Positions 1 to 18,694 of a stretch of DNA of 64,000 bases are shown piece by piece. The notes beneath the pieces were generated by a model. It was not told the DNA's origin and did no database searches. It saw only the letters and a program-made list of their open reading frames with translations. A program made the translations under genes and the position numbers. Within the stretch, counting starts at the first letter, position 1. Each line of letters starts with the position of its first letter. Location of the stretch: assembly GCF_058153355.1 (NCBI RefSeq), contig NZ_CM177019.1. One strand, given 5' to 3'.

Positions 1-579
1 GACCGCCGCTTTGGCGTTAAGGGTGTCGAAAACGGTTTCAATCAGGATCAGATCCGCGCCACCTTCCACCAGCGCTTTGGTGGATTCGCGATAGGCCGCC
101 ACCAGCTGGTCAAAAGTGATGTTGCGGAATGCCGGATCGTTTACGTCCGGAGAAATAGACGCCGTGCGATTGGTTGGGCCGAGAACGCCGGCAACATAGC
201 GCGGTTTCTCCGGCGTACGGGCGGTCCACTCGTCAGCACAGGCACGCGCCAGCTTCGCCGCCGCAAAGTTGATTTCCGCCGACAGGGATTCCATCTGGTA
301 ATCCGCCATCGCAATGGTCGTGGAGTTGAAGGTGTTGGTTTCGATGATATCCGCACCCGCTTCAAAGTAGGCGTTGTGGATAGCGGCGATCACTTCCGGT
401 TTGCTGAGCACCAGTAGGTCGTTGTTGCCTTTGAGATCGCATGGCCAGTCGGCAAAGCGTTCACCACGAAAATCGGCTTCGTTCAGTCGATAGCTCTGGA
501 TCATAGTGCCCATACCGCCGTCCAGCACCAGAATACGTTCATTTAACTGCGCACGCAGTTGTTCCACTTTGCTGCTCAC
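1..579 (-). CDS. metH: B12-dependent methionine synthase MetH, 5' portion only (gene continues beyond window start)
   Basis: Minus-strand frame from GTG at 577-579 translates [14 protein letters not shown]..., the MetH N-terminus; no stop before window edge; expected neighbour of iclR. Confidence 0.85.
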   Translation of the reverse strand, partial: MSSKVEQLRAQLNERILVLDGGMGTMIQSYRLNEADFRGERFADWPCDLKGNNDLLVLSKPEVIAAIHNAYFEAGADIIETNTFNSTTIAMADYQMESLSAEINFAAAKLARACADEWTARTPEKPRYVAGVLGPTNRTASISPDVNDPAFRNITFDQLVAAYRESTKALVEGGADLILIETVFDTLNAKAAV

Positions 580-740
580 ACTTGCTCCCGACACGCTCAA
601 CCCAGATTTAATAAAAATTCAACAAACCATACTGGCATAAACGCATCTGTGGTAAAAGCGACCACCACGCAACATGAGATTTGTTCAACATTAACTCATC
701 GGATCAGTTCAGCAACTATTGCATTAGCTAACAATAAAAA

Positions 741-755
741 TGAAAATGATTTCCA
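741..755 (+). promoter_or_regulatory. putative IclR autoregulatory operator upstream of iclR
   Basis: tgaaaatgatttcca resembles the IclR box (TGGAAAT-N-ATTTCCA) ~25 bp upstream of the iclR start. Confidence 0.35.
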
Positions 756-778
756 CGATACAGAAAAAGGAGACTGTC

Positions 779-1603
779 ATGGTCGCACCCATTCCCGCGA
801 AACGCGGCAGAAAACCCGCCGTTGCCACCGCACCAGCGACTGGGCAGGTTCAGTCTTTAACGCGTGGTCTGAAATTACTGGAGTGGATTGCCGAATCCAA
901 TGGCAGTGTGGCACTCACGGAACTGGCGCAACAAGCCGGGTTACCCAATTCCACAACCCACCGCCTGCTAACCACGATGCAACAGCAGGGTTTCGTGCGT
1001 CAAGTCGGCGAACTGGGACACTGGGCAATCGGCGCACATGCCTTTATGGTCGGCAGCAGCTTTCTCCAGAGCCGTAATTTGTTAGCCATTGTTCACCCTA
1101 TCCTGCGCAATCTAATGGAAGAGTCTGGCGAAACGGTAAATATGGCGGTGCTTGATCAAAGCGATCACGAAGCGATTATTATCGATCAGGTACAGTGTAC
1201 TCACCTGATGCGTATGTCCGCCCCTATTGGCGGTAAATTGCCGATGCACGCTTCCGGTGCAGGTAAAGCCTTTTTAGCCCAACTGAGCGAAGAACAGGTG
1301 ACGAAGCTGCTGCACCGCAAAGGGTTACATGCCTATACCCACGCAACACTGGTGTCTCCTGTACATTTAAAAGAAGATCTCGCCCAAACGCGAAAACGGG
1401 GTTATTCATTTGACGATGAGGAACATGCGCTGGGGCTGCGTTGCCTCGCAGCGTGTATTTTCGACGAGCACCGCGAACCATTTGCGGCAATTTCGATTTC
1501 CGGGCCGATTTCACGTATTACCGATGATCGCGTAACCGAGTTTGGTGCGATGGTGATTAAAGCTGCGAAGGAAGTGACGCTGGCGTACGGTGGAATGCGC
1601 TGA
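779..1603 (+). CDS. iclR: IclR transcriptional repressor of the glyoxylate bypass operon (274 aa)
   Basis: ORF 740..1603; product MVAPIPAKRGRKPAVATAPATGQ... recognised as IclR; ATG at 779 preceded by aaaaaggag RBS. Confidence 0.95.
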   Translation: MVAPIPAKRGRKPAVATAPATGQVQSLTRGLKLLEWIAESNGSVALTELAQQAGLPNSTTHRLLTTMQQQGFVRQVGELGHWAIGAHAFMVGSSFLQSRNLLAIVHPILRNLMEESGETVNMAVLDQSDHEAIIIDQVQCTHLMRMSAPIGGKLPMHASGAGKAFLAQLSEEQVTKLLHRKGLHAYTHATLVSPVHLKEDLAQTRKRGYSFDDEEHALGLRCLAACIFDEHREPFAAISISGPISRITDDRVTEFGAMVIKAAKEVTLAYGGMR

Positions 1604-1918
1604 CTTTTTCTGGCGGGTAGAGGTAATATTCTGCCCGTCATACCTGAGTAGCAATAGAATAAGGGTATCTGTTAATCGCATTGACGCAAAAATAACTTAA
1701 TATCATACACTTCACACACTTTTATTAACTCAGCATTATTTTTAAACATCAAACCACTTAATTATTAACATAATCGCAAGAACTCATTGCGCCGAAATTT
1801 TTGCGGTTTCATTATGAGATTGAGCGATTTATGATATTTCTTTACTTGTAATCATATTAAATTTTTCACTGTTCTGATAGTTAAAATTCCAGACATCAAT
1901 AAACAATGAGATATTTAA

Positions 1919-5819
<3,901 letters not shown>

Positions 5820-5838
5820 TCATCAGGAGCAGTGAATT

Positions 5839-6112
<274 letters not shown>

Positions 6113-6123
6113 GTTGTTGTTGC

Positions 6124-7428
6124 TTAGAACTGCGATTCTTCGGTGGAGCCGGTCAGCGCGGTAACCGACGACGTGCCGCCCTGAATAATGGTCGTCACTT
6201 TATCGAAATAACCTGTACCCACTTCCTGCTGGTGAGATACGAAGGTATAGCCATCTTTCGCGGCGGCAAATTCCGGCTGCTGCACTTTCTCAACATAGTG
6301 CTTCATACCCTCGCCCTGGGCATAGGCGTTTGCCAGGTCAAACATGTTGAACCACATGCTGTGGATGCCTGCCAGGGTGATGAACTGGAACTTGTAGCCC
6401 ATATCCGACAGCTGCTGCTGGAAGCTGGCAATAGTTTTGTCGTCGAGGTTTTTCTGCCAATTGAACGACGGCGAGCAGTTATAAGCCAGCAGTTTGCCCG
6501 GATATTTCGCGTGGATGGCTTGTGCAAAGCGACGCGCCAGTTCCAGGTCTGGCGTGGAGGTTTCACACCATACCAGGTCAGCATATGGCGCATACGCCAG
6601 GCCACGGCTGATCGCTTGTTCAATACCTGCATGAGTACGGAAGAAGCCTTCGCTGGTACGCTCGCCGGTAATAAATTCGCTGTCATATGGGTCGCAATCG
6701 GAGGTAATCAGATCCGCCGCATCGGCATCGGTACGAGCAACCAGCAGGGTTGGAACGCCCGTCACGTCAGCTGCCAGACGCGCCGCAACCAGTTTCTGAA
6801 TAGCTTCCTGAGTTGGCACTAAAACTTTGCCGCCCATGTGACCGCATTTCTTCACTGATGCCAGCTGATCTTCGAAGTGAACTGCCGCTGCACCGGCTTC
6901 AATCATCGCTTTCATCAGTTCAAAGGCATTCAGGACACCGCCAAAACCGGCTTCCGCATCGGCGACGATCGGCAGGAAGTAATCGACATAGCGCGGATCG
7001 CCCGGCTCAATGCCCGCGGACCATTGGATCTGATCCGCACGGCGGAAAGTATTGTTGATCCGCTCCACCACAGCTGGCACCGAGTTTGCCGGATAGAGCG
7101 ACTGATCCGGATACATGCTGGCCGCCAGGTTAGCGTCCGCCGCTACCTGCCATCCCGACAGATAGACTGCTTCAATACCCGCTTTCGCCTGTTGCAGCGC
7201 CTGACCGCCAGTCAGTGCACCGAGGCTGTTGATGTAGCCTTTTTTCGACTCGCCATGCAGCAGACGCCACATTTTCGCCGCGCCCAGTTGCGCCAGCGTG
7301 CATTCAGGATTGACTGAACCGCGTAATTTCACCACATCTTCCGCGCTGTATGGGCGAGTAATGCCTTCCCAACGCGGTTGAGTCCACTCTTTCTGTAATT
7401 CTTCAATTTGTTGTGTACGGGTTTTCAT
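6124..7428 (-). CDS. aceA: isocitrate lyase AceA (434 aa)
   Basis: ORF 6124..7443 minus; known N-terminus [15 protein letters not shown] begins 5 codons inside the ORF. Confidence 0.95.
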   Translation of the reverse strand: MKTRTQQIEELQKEWTQPRWEGITRPYSAEDVVKLRGSVNPECTLAQLGAAKMWRLLHGESKKGYINSLGALTGGQALQQAKAGIEAVYLSGWQVAADANLAASMYPDQSLYPANSVPAVVERINNTFRRADQIQWSAGIEPGDPRYVDYFLPIVADAEAGFGGVLNAFELMKAMIEAGAAAVHFEDQLASVKKCGHMGGKVLVPTQEAIQKLVAARLAADVTGVPTLLVARTDADAADLITSDCDPYDSEFITGERTSEGFFRTHAGIEQAISRGLAYAPYADLVWCETSTPDLELARRFAQAIHAKYPGKLLAYNCSPSFNWQKNLDDKTIASFQQQLSDMGYKFQFITLAGIHSMWFNMFDLANAYAQGEGMKHYVEKVQQPEFAAAKDGYTFVSHQQEVGTGYFDKVTTIIQGGTSSVTALTGSTEESQF

Positions 7429-7457
7429 GTGCAGATGCTCCATAGTTATGTGGTGGT

Positions 7458-9059
7458 TTACGCTAACAGGCGGTAGCCTGGCAGGGTCAGGAAATCTATT
7501 AACTCATCGGAAGTGGTGATCTGTTCCATCAAGCGTGCGGCATCGTCAAAACGCCCCTGGGAGAAACGTTCTTCGCCCAGTTCGCTGGTAATGACTTTCA
7601 TCTCTTCGCCCAGCATCTGGCGGAACAAGGCTTTGGTCACCGGTTTGCCATTGCTCAACGTTTTTTGATGATGGATCCACTGCCAGATTGAGGTACGGGA
7701 AATTTCAGCCGTCGCAGCATCTTCCATCAGGCCATAAATCGGCACGCAGCCGTTGCCGGAGATCCATGCTTCGATGTACTGCACAGCCACGCGAATGTTG
7801 GCGCGCATACCTTCTTCGGTGCGTTCACCATCACAAGGTGCCAGCAGCTGATCGGCAGTAATCGGCGCGTCTTGTTCGCGCATCACTTCAAGCTGATTTT
7901 TACGGGAGCCGAGAATGTCGTTGAATACCGCCATTGCCGTGTCAGCAAGGCCAGGGTGGGCAATCCATGTGCCATCGTGACCGTTGTTGGCTTCCAGCGC
8001 TTTATCCGCTTTTACTTTGTTCAGCACCTGGTTATTGCGCTCTTCATCTTTGCTCGGAATAAACGCTGCCATGCCGCCCATCGCAAAAGCTCCGCGTTTA
8101 TGGCAGGTTTTGATTAACAGGCGTGAGTAGGCATTAAGGAACGGTTTATCCATCGTCACTGCCTGTCTGTCTGGCAGGACGCGATCGGGATAGTTTTTCA
8201 ACGTTTTGATATAGCTGAAGATGTAATCCCAACGACCGCAGTTCAGACCAACAATATGGTCACGCAGCGCGTGAAGGATTTCATCCATCTGGAACACGGC
8301 GGGCAGCGTTTCAATCAGCAACGTCGCCTTGATGGTGCCGCGCGCCAGATTAAAGCGATCTTCTGCATAGCTGAAGACTTCGCTCCACCAGGCCGCTTCC
8401 TGCCAGGACTGGGTTTTCGGCAGATAGAAATAGGGACCGCTGCCCTTTGCCAACAGTGCCTGATAGTTGTGAAAGAAGTAGAGCGCAAAATCAAACAGGC
8501 TGCCAGGGATTGCCTCACCACGCCAGGTGACATGTTTTTCCGGCAAATGCAGACCGCGTACCCGACAAATCAAAACCGCTGGATTGGGCTTGAGCTGATA
8601 AATTTTACCTGCTTCATTGGTGTAACTGATGGTGCCATTAACTGCATCGCGCAGGTTAATTTGTCCATCGATCACTTTGTTCCAGTCGGGGGCCAGTGAA
8701 TCCTCAAAATCGGCCATAAAGACTTTCACATTGGCGTTGAGCGCGTTGATCACCATCTTGCGCTCAACCGGGCCAGTTATCTCGACTCGACGATCTTGTA
8801 AGTCCGCAGGAATCCCACGAATTTTCCAGTCATCTTTTCTAATGGAAGCCGTTTCCGAAATAAAATCAGGCAATGTTCCGTTATCGATATCCTGCTGCTG
8901 CTGAATGCGCGCTGCCAGAAGTTTATTACGTTGTGGCGTAAAATGCGTCACCAGCTCAGTCAGAAATTCTACCGCTTCGGCAGTAAGAATTTGCTTCTCC
9001 TGCTCGCCATACGGCCTTGTGAAAACCAGTTCATCGGTTGTTGTTGCCTGTTCAGTCAT
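7458..9059 (-). CDS. aceB: malate synthase A AceB (533 aa)
   Basis: ORF 7458..9077 minus; known N-terminus [13 protein letters not shown] begins 6 codons inside the ORF. Confidence 0.95.
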   Translation of the reverse strand: MTEQATTTDELVFTRPYGEQEKQILTAEAVEFLTELVTHFTPQRNKLLAARIQQQQDIDNGTLPDFISETASIRKDDWKIRGIPADLQDRRVEITGPVERKMVINALNANVKVFMADFEDSLAPDWNKVIDGQINLRDAVNGTISYTNEAGKIYQLKPNPAVLICRVRGLHLPEKHVTWRGEAIPGSLFDFALYFFHNYQALLAKGSGPYFYLPKTQSWQEAAWWSEVFSYAEDRFNLARGTIKATLLIETLPAVFQMDEILHALRDHIVGLNCGRWDYIFSYIKTLKNYPDRVLPDRQAVTMDKPFLNAYSRLLIKTCHKRGAFAMGGMAAFIPSKDEERNNQVLNKVKADKALEANNGHDGTWIAHPGLADTAMAVFNDILGSRKNQLEVMREQDAPITADQLLAPCDGERTEEGMRANIRVAVQYIEAWISGNGCVPIYGLMEDAATAEISRTSIWQWIHHQKTLSNGKPVTKALFRQMLGEEMKVITSELGEERFSQGRFDDAARLMEQITTSDELIDFLTLPGYRLLA

Positions 9060-9149
9060 CGTGCAGCTCCTCGTCATGGATCCGAAAACTTCCCCACTGT
9101 GAACGAAGGATTGTTGTGTGCTTTTCGTTCAGCACAACTAAGACTACTC

Positions 9150-9200
9150 ATTTAAAATGCAAAATCAAAAACAATTTCCATTTTAAATAAAAATACATGT
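9150..9200 (-). promoter_or_regulatory. aceBAK promoter region with IclR operator
   Basis: Minus-strand sequence ...aaaatggaaattgtttttgattttgcattttaaatgag... matches the aceB promoter/IclR box as I recall it; AT-rich. Confidence 0.4.
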
Positions 9201-9260
9201 TAACCTATTGATAACAATATGAATAAAATTTATTCACCTCTTGAGGTGTGTTTCGGAAAT

Positions 9261-9283
9261 AAAAAAGGCACCCGAAGGTGCCT
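9261..9283 (-). terminator. rho-independent terminator downstream of metA
   Basis: aaaaaaggcacccgaaggtgcct: GC stem with A-run on plus strand (U-run in minus-strand RNA) just after the metA stop. Confidence 0.6.
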
Positions 9284-9327
9284 GAGGTTAGGTGCTGAAT
9301 CGCTTAACGATCGACTATCACAGAAGA

Positions 9328-10257
9328 TTAATCCAACGTTGGATTCATGTGCCGTAGATCGTATGGCGTGATCTGGTAGACGTAATAGTTGAGCCAGTTG
9401 GTAAACAGCAAATTACCGTGACTACGCCAGCTCGCTCGCGGTGTATTTTGCGGATCATTATGCGGGAAATAGTTATACGGTACATCCGGGTCTAGTCCGG
9501 CTTCCACATCGCGGAAAAATTCCTGCGCCAGCGTATGTGCGTCGTATTCCGGATGCCCCGTCACAAAGGCAATGCGCTTATCTTTGCTGGCAAACAGATA
9601 TGCATCCCCTTCTTCTGTCTCCGCCAGAATTTCCAGATCGGTATAATCACGAATCAACGCTGCCGGAAAGTCAGCATAGCGCGAATGCGGTGCCAGGAAT
9701 GAATCATCAAAGCCACGTGTCAGAAGCGCATGAGGATGGAGAATATGATGCTCGTAAACGCCAGATAGTTTGTCAGTGCGGGTTTGCTTAGGAATGCCAT
9801 AGAGGATATTGAGCGCTGCCTGTACCGCCCAACAGACAAACAGCGTTGAGGTGACGTGATCTTTCGACCACTCCAGCACCTGTTTGATTTGCGGCCAGTA
9901 AGCGACGTCATTAAACTCCACCAGTCCCAGCGGCGCGCCGGTAACTATCAGACCGTCAAAGTTTTGTTCCTGAATATCTTCAAAGTTACAGTAGAAGTTA
10001 TTCAGATGCTCTGCGGGCGTGTTGCGCGATTCACGGGAATCGATGCGCAACAGCTGAATATCGACCTGCAAAGGTGAGTTTGAAAGCAGGCGCAGAAACT
10101 GATTTTCAGTTTCGATCTTCTTCGGCATCAGGTTAAGGATAAGCACCTTTAGCGGACGAATTTCCTGACCAGACGCGCGAGAAGTTGTCATCACAAAGAC
10201 GTTTTCTTCACGCAAGAAATTGACGGCGGGTAGCTCGTCCGGCACACGAATCGGCAT
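9328..10257 (-). CDS. metA: homoserine O-succinyltransferase MetA (309 aa)
   Basis: ORF 9328..10257 minus; product [45 protein letters not shown]... recognised as MetA. Confidence 0.95.
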   Translation of the reverse strand: MPIRVPDELPAVNFLREENVFVMTTSRASGQEIRPLKVLILNLMPKKIETENQFLRLLSNSPLQVDIQLLRIDSRESRNTPAEHLNNFYCNFEDIQEQNFDGLIVTGAPLGLVEFNDVAYWPQIKQVLEWSKDHVTSTLFVCWAVQAALNILYGIPKQTRTDKLSGVYEHHILHPHALLTRGFDDSFLAPHSRYADFPAALIRDYTDLEILAETEEGDAYLFASKDKRIAFVTGHPEYDAHTLAQEFFRDVEAGLDPDVPYNYFPHNDPQNTPRASWRSHGNLLFTNWLNYYVYQITPYDLRHMNPTLD

Positions 10258-10268
10258 AACCTGATTAC

Positions 10269-10300
10269 CTCACTACATACGCTTATACGTTTAGACATCC
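10269..10300 (-). promoter_or_regulatory. putative MetJ operator (tandem met boxes) in metA promoter
   Basis: Minus-strand ggatgtct-aaacgtat-aagcgtat-gtagtgag: tandem 8-bp units resembling AGACGTCT met boxes, 10-40 bp upstream of metA start. Confidence 0.45.
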
Positions 10301-10413
10301 AGATAGCTGAAGATAACCAGAAAATTTGCCAATGTCGAGCCTGCATGTTGAAGGTGAGAAAGTTTCAAGGAAAAGGCTACGTTAGAATATAAGAATGACG
10401 AAAAGGAGAGAAA

Positions 10414-10857
10414 ATGGTTATTAGTATTCGCCGCTCACGGCATGAGGAAGGGGAAGAACTGGTTGCGATTTGGTGCCGTTCTGTCGATGCCACTCACGAT
10501 TTTTTATCAGCAGAGTATCGGGCCGAGCTGGAAGAGCTGGTGCGTTCCTTCCTGCCGGAAGCGCCGTTGTGGGTCGCGGTTAATGAGCGGGATCGGCCGG
10601 TTGGGTTTATGTTGTTAAGTGGGCAGCATATGGATGCGCTGTTTATCGATCCTGATGTGCGCGGCTGCGGCGTGGGTCGGATGCTGGTGGAACATGCGCT
10701 CTCGATGGCACCGGAACTGACAACCAACGTTAATGAGCAAAATACGCAGGCGGTGGGGTTCTATAAAACGATGGGGTTTAAGGTTACGGGACGCTCGGCA
10801 GTTGACGATTTGGGGAAACCGTATCCGTTGCTGAATCTGGCGTATGTGGAGGCGTAG
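10414..10857 (+). CDS. yjaB: GNAT-family N-acetyltransferase YjaB (147 aa)
   Basis: ORF 10414..10857; recognised as YjaB by sequence and position next to metA. Confidence 0.9.
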   Translation: MVISIRRSRHEEGEELVAIWCRSVDATHDFLSAEYRAELEELVRSFLPEAPLWVAVNERDRPVGFMLLSGQHMDALFIDPDVRGCGVGRMLVEHALSMAPELTTNVNEQNTQAVGFYKTMGFKVTGRSAVDDLGKPYPLLNLAYVEA

Positions 10858-10920
10858 GCAATTTTTTTCTCATCCCGGTGAGCTGAACTTCAGGTTTCGT
10901 ACCCACCAATGGTGACATGA

Positions 10921-11304
10921 TTATTTCTGCTTAAGCATTGCCATGACCGCACTATCACTGAGCACCACTGATTGCGCATGAATGTGGAAATGGCGATATT
11001 TCATTAACGTTGCACCAGCGACCACTTCATGAAGAATGCGTTCCTCAACCTGTGACAAACCGCCCTCATTCATTTCCAGTGCGCTCACAACAATATCCAT
11101 ACGTTTTGCTGGCAAAAAAGAGTACCAGGGTGAACGTGGGTGGAGTTGCAAAACAAGATCTTGCAGAACTTTTTCTGCAACAAAGAAATTGGCGATTAAC
11201 AGGCGCTGGTTACTGAAGGCAGCCTCTCCTGACACTTCACGTTTGCTTTCAAGATCGCGAACAGTAATTTGATTACGACGAATTTGGATATACAGAACTG
11301 ACAT
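10921..11304 (-). CDS. yjaA: stress-response protein YjaA (127 aa)
   Basis: ORF 10921..11340 minus; start assigned to internal ATG at 11302-11304 (MSVLYIQIRRNQ...) with gaaggga RBS. Confidence 0.8.
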   Translation of the reverse strand: MSVLYIQIRRNQITVRDLESKREVSGEAAFSNQRLLIANFFVAEKVLQDLVLQLHPRSPWYSFLPAKRMDIVVSALEMNEGGLSQVEERILHEVVAGATLMKYRHFHIHAQSVVLSDSAVMAMLKQK

Positions 11305-11335
11305 GAGATTCCCTTCATCATGCAAATAATTGATA

Positions 11336-11370
11336 TGCAAAAAACCCCGGCCTTATGGACCGGGGTTTTT
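11336..11370 (-). terminator. rrnE operon terminator
   Basis: aaaaaccccggccttatggaccggggttttt hairpin flanked by A/T runs immediately 3' of the 5S gene. Confidence 0.7.
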
Positions 11371-11378
11371 CTAATTTG

Positions 11379-11498
11379 ATGCCTGGCAGTTCCCTACTCT
11401 CGCATGGGGAGGCCCCACACTACCATCGGCGCTACGGCGTTTCACTTCTGAGTTCGGCATGGGGTCAGGTGGGACCACCGCGCTAAGGCCGCCAGGCA
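11379..11498 (-). rRNA. rrfE: 5S ribosomal RNA (rrnE operon)
   Basis: 120-nt match to E. coli 5S rRNA (reverse complement tgcctggcggcc...ctgccaggcat). Confidence 0.95.
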
Positions 11499-11684
11499 AA
11501 TTCCTGTGCTCTGTCCTGTGTCTTTTGTGCTGATACTGCGTTGGCTGCATTCGCGAAAATCAGTCACATACTTCAGTATGCTCCTTCCTTCGCTTCATTT
11601 GCCGCCTTGTCTCAGCGCAAAATCCTTCGGACTCTGGATCCAAGCTGAAATTCTCTCAATCCGCCAAAACACCTTCGGCGTTGT

Positions 11685-14589
<2,905 letters not shown>

Positions 14590-14773
14590 TCACAACCCGA
14601 AGATGTTTCACTTCTGATTGCGAAAATTTGAGAGACTCACGAACAACTTTCATTGTTCAGTGTTTCAATTTTCAGCTTGATCCAGATTTTTAAAGAGCAA
14701 ATATCTTAAACATGACTCGTAAGTCATCTTTAACGATATTAAGGTCGGCGACTTTCACTCACAAACCAGCAAG

Positions 14774-14849
14774 TGGCGTCCCCTAGGGGATTCGAACCCC
14801 TGTTACCGCCGTGAAAGGGCGGTGTCCTGGGCCTCTAGACGAAGGGGAC
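14774..14849 (-). tRNA. gltV: tRNA-Glu (UUC) in 16S-23S spacer
   Basis: Reverse complement gtccccttcgtctagaggcccaggacaccgccctttcacggcggtaacaggggttcgaatcccctaggggacgcca = tRNA-Glu. Confidence 0.95.
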
Positions 14850-14934
14850 GTATCAGTCTGCTTCGCAAGACGCCTTGCTTTTCACTTTCTATCAGACAAT
14901 CTGTGTGAGCACTGCAAAGAACAGTTCTTTAAGG

Positions 14935-16476
<1,542 letters not shown>

Positions 16477-16810
16477 AAAAGTTTGATGCTCAAAGAATTA
16501 AACTTCGTAATGAATTACGTGTTCACTCTTGAGACTTGGTATTCATTTTTCGTCTTGCGACGTTAAGAATCCGTATCTTCGAGTGCCCACACAGATTGTC
16601 TGATAAATTGTTAAAGAGCAGTTGCGACGCGGCTTTCAGCTCACTGTCGCGAGGTGGCGTATATTACGCTTTCCTCTTTCAGAGTCAACCCTGAATTTCA
16701 GGATTTTTTCTCTTCAACCGAACCGGCTGTTTGTGTGAAGTGATTCACATCCGCCGTGTCGATGGAGGCGCATTATAGGGAGTTCTCCGCAGGCCGCAAT
16801 AGAAAAATTG
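16477..16810 (-). promoter_or_regulatory. rrnE P1/P2 promoter and leader region
   Basis: Minus-strand TTGCGG...TATAAT (P1, -10 at ~16772-16777) and TTGACT...TAATATAC (P2, -35 at 16683-16688) upstream of the 16S 5' end. Confidence 0.6.
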
Positions 16811-16968
16811 CAGAAAAATGACTGACTGCTGCATTCCCCAGCAAAACCCCGCTTTATACCTTTTTACGCACAGAGTTATCCACAATCATCAATGTAATTT
16901 CTGTATTTTTCCCACGGTAACCACAGTCAAAATTGTGATCGCTATTGAAAGAGAAAAATTCGCGAGCG

Positions 16969-16986
16969 TTGCGCAAACGTTTTCGT
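16969..16986 (+). promoter_or_regulatory. PurR operator (pur box) upstream of purH
   Basis: ttgcgcaaacgttttcgt matches the pur box consensus aCGCAAACGTTTtCnT. Confidence 0.6.
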
Positions 16987-17093
16987 TACAATGCGGGCGA
17001 AAAATAAGGATGCCCCGTTAGGGGCGTTAGCTGAGTTTTTCGCGAAAAATTCAGCTAACGCTCTCTGTAATAGTCAAATCCAGGGGATTTACC

Positions 17094-18683
17094 ATGCAAC
17101 AACGTCGTCCAGTCCGCCGCGCTCTGCTCAGTGTTTCTGACAAAGCCGGTATCGTCGAATTCGCCCAGGCACTTTCCGCACGCGGTGTGGAGCTGCTGTC
17201 TACAGGGGGCACTGCCCGTCTGTTAGCAGAAAAGGGTCTGCCGGTAACCGAAGTTTCCGATTACACCGGTTTCCCGGAGATGATGGATGGACGCGTGAAG
17301 ACCCTGCATCCGAAAGTGCATGGTGGCATTCTGGGCCGTCGCGGCCAGGACGATGCCGTTATGGAAGAACATCAGATCCAACCTATCGATATGGTAGTTG
17401 TTAACCTCTATCCGTTCGCCCAGACCGTTGCCCGTGAAGGCTGCTCGCTGGAAGATGCGGTTGAGAACATCGATATCGGTGGTCCAACGATGGTGCGCTC
17501 CGCCGCCAAGAACCATAAAGATGTCGCAATCGTGGTGAAGAGCAGCGACTACGACGCCATTATTAAAGAGATGGATGCCAACGAAGGATCGCTGACGCTT
17601 GCAACCCGTTTCGATCTCGCTATCAAAGCCTTCGAACATACCGCCGCCTACGACAGCATGATTGCCAACTACTTCGGCAGCATGGTTCCGGCTTATCACG
17701 GTGAAAGCAAAGAGGCCGCTGGTCGCTTCCCGCGTACACTGAACCTGAACTTCATTAAGAAGCAGGATATGCGCTACGGCGAGAACAGCCACCAGCAGGC
17801 TGCCTTCTATATAGAAGAGAATGTGAAAGAAGCCTCCGTTGCCACCGCAACCCAGGTTCAGGGTAAAGCCCTCTCTTATAACAACATCGCCGATACCGAT
17901 GCGGCTCTGGAGTGCGTGAAAGAGTTCGCCGAGCCGGCATGTGTGATTGTGAAGCACGCCAACCCTTGCGGTGTGGCTATCGGCAATTCCATTCTTGATG
18001 CTTACGATCGCGCGTATAAAACCGACCCCACCTCGGCGTTCGGCGGCATTATCGCCTTTAACCGCGAGCTGGATGCTGAAACCGCACAGGCCATCATTTC
18101 TCGTCAGTTTGTCGAAGTGATTATTGCACCGTCCGCCAGCGAAGAAGCCCTGAAAATCACAGCCGCCAAACAGAACGTGCGTGTCCTGACCTGCGGTCAG
18201 TGGGCCGAGCGTGTTCCAGGCCTTGATTTCAAACGCGTGAACGGCGGTCTGCTGGTTCAGGATCGTGACCTGGGGATGGTTGGTGCAGAAGAACTGCGCG
18301 TCGTCACCAAACGTCAGCCGACCGAACAGGAGCTGCGTGATGCGCTATTCTGCTGGAAAGTGGCGAAGTTCGTGAAATCCAACGCTATCGTCTATGCCAA
18401 AGGCAATATGACCATCGGGATTGGCGCAGGCCAGATGAGCCGCGTGTACTCCGCGAAAATCGCCGGTATTAAAGCCGCCGATGAAGGCCTGGAAGTGAAA
18501 GGTTCGTCAATGGCTTCTGACGCGTTCTTCCCGTTCCGCGACGGTATTGATGCCGCGGCCGCTGCGGGCGTGACCTGCGTAATCCAGCCTGGCGGTTCTA
18601 TCCGTGATGACGAAGTGATTGCCGCCGCCGACGAGCACGGTATTGCGATGCTCTTCACCGACATGCGCCACTTCCGCCATTAA
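17094..18683 (+). CDS. purH: bifunctional AICAR transformylase / IMP cyclohydrolase PurH (529 aa)
   Basis: ORF 17094..18683; product [25 protein letters not shown]... recognised as PurH. Confidence 0.95.
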   Translation: MQQRRPVRRALLSVSDKAGIVEFAQALSARGVELLSTGGTARLLAEKGLPVTEVSDYTGFPEMMDGRVKTLHPKVHGGILGRRGQDDAVMEEHQIQPIDMVVVNLYPFAQTVAREGCSLEDAVENIDIGGPTMVRSAAKNHKDVAIVVKSSDYDAIIKEMDANEGSLTLATRFDLAIKAFEHTAAYDSMIANYFGSMVPAYHGESKEAAGRFPRTLNLNFIKKQDMRYGENSHQQAAFYIEENVKEASVATATQVQGKALSYNNIADTDAALECVKEFAEPACVIVKHANPCGVAIGNSILDAYDRAYKTDPTSAFGGIIAFNRELDAETAQAIISRQFVEVIIAPSASEEALKITAAKQNVRVLTCGQWAERVPGLDFKRVNGGLLVQDRDLGMVGAEELRVVTKRQPTEQELRDALFCWKVAKFVKSNAIVYAKGNMTIGIGAGQMSRVYSAKIAGIKAADEGLEVKGSSMASDAFFPFRDGIDAAAAAGVTCVIQPGGSIRDDEVIAAADEHGIAMLFTDMRHFRH

Positions 18684-18694
18684 TGGAGCGACAG

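Noticed and set aside
11560-11660. A BamHI site (ggatcc) inside the unusual 23S-5S spacer, raising the possibility of an engineered insert
   Set aside because: The same spacer is present identically in both rrn operons and is flanked by native sequence with no vector-like features; natural allelic variation is more plausible.
16818-17021. 67-aa ORF in the rrnE-purH intergenic region
   Set aside because: It overlaps the rrnE upstream activating region and the PurR box, and has no RBS or recognisable product; most likely non-coding.
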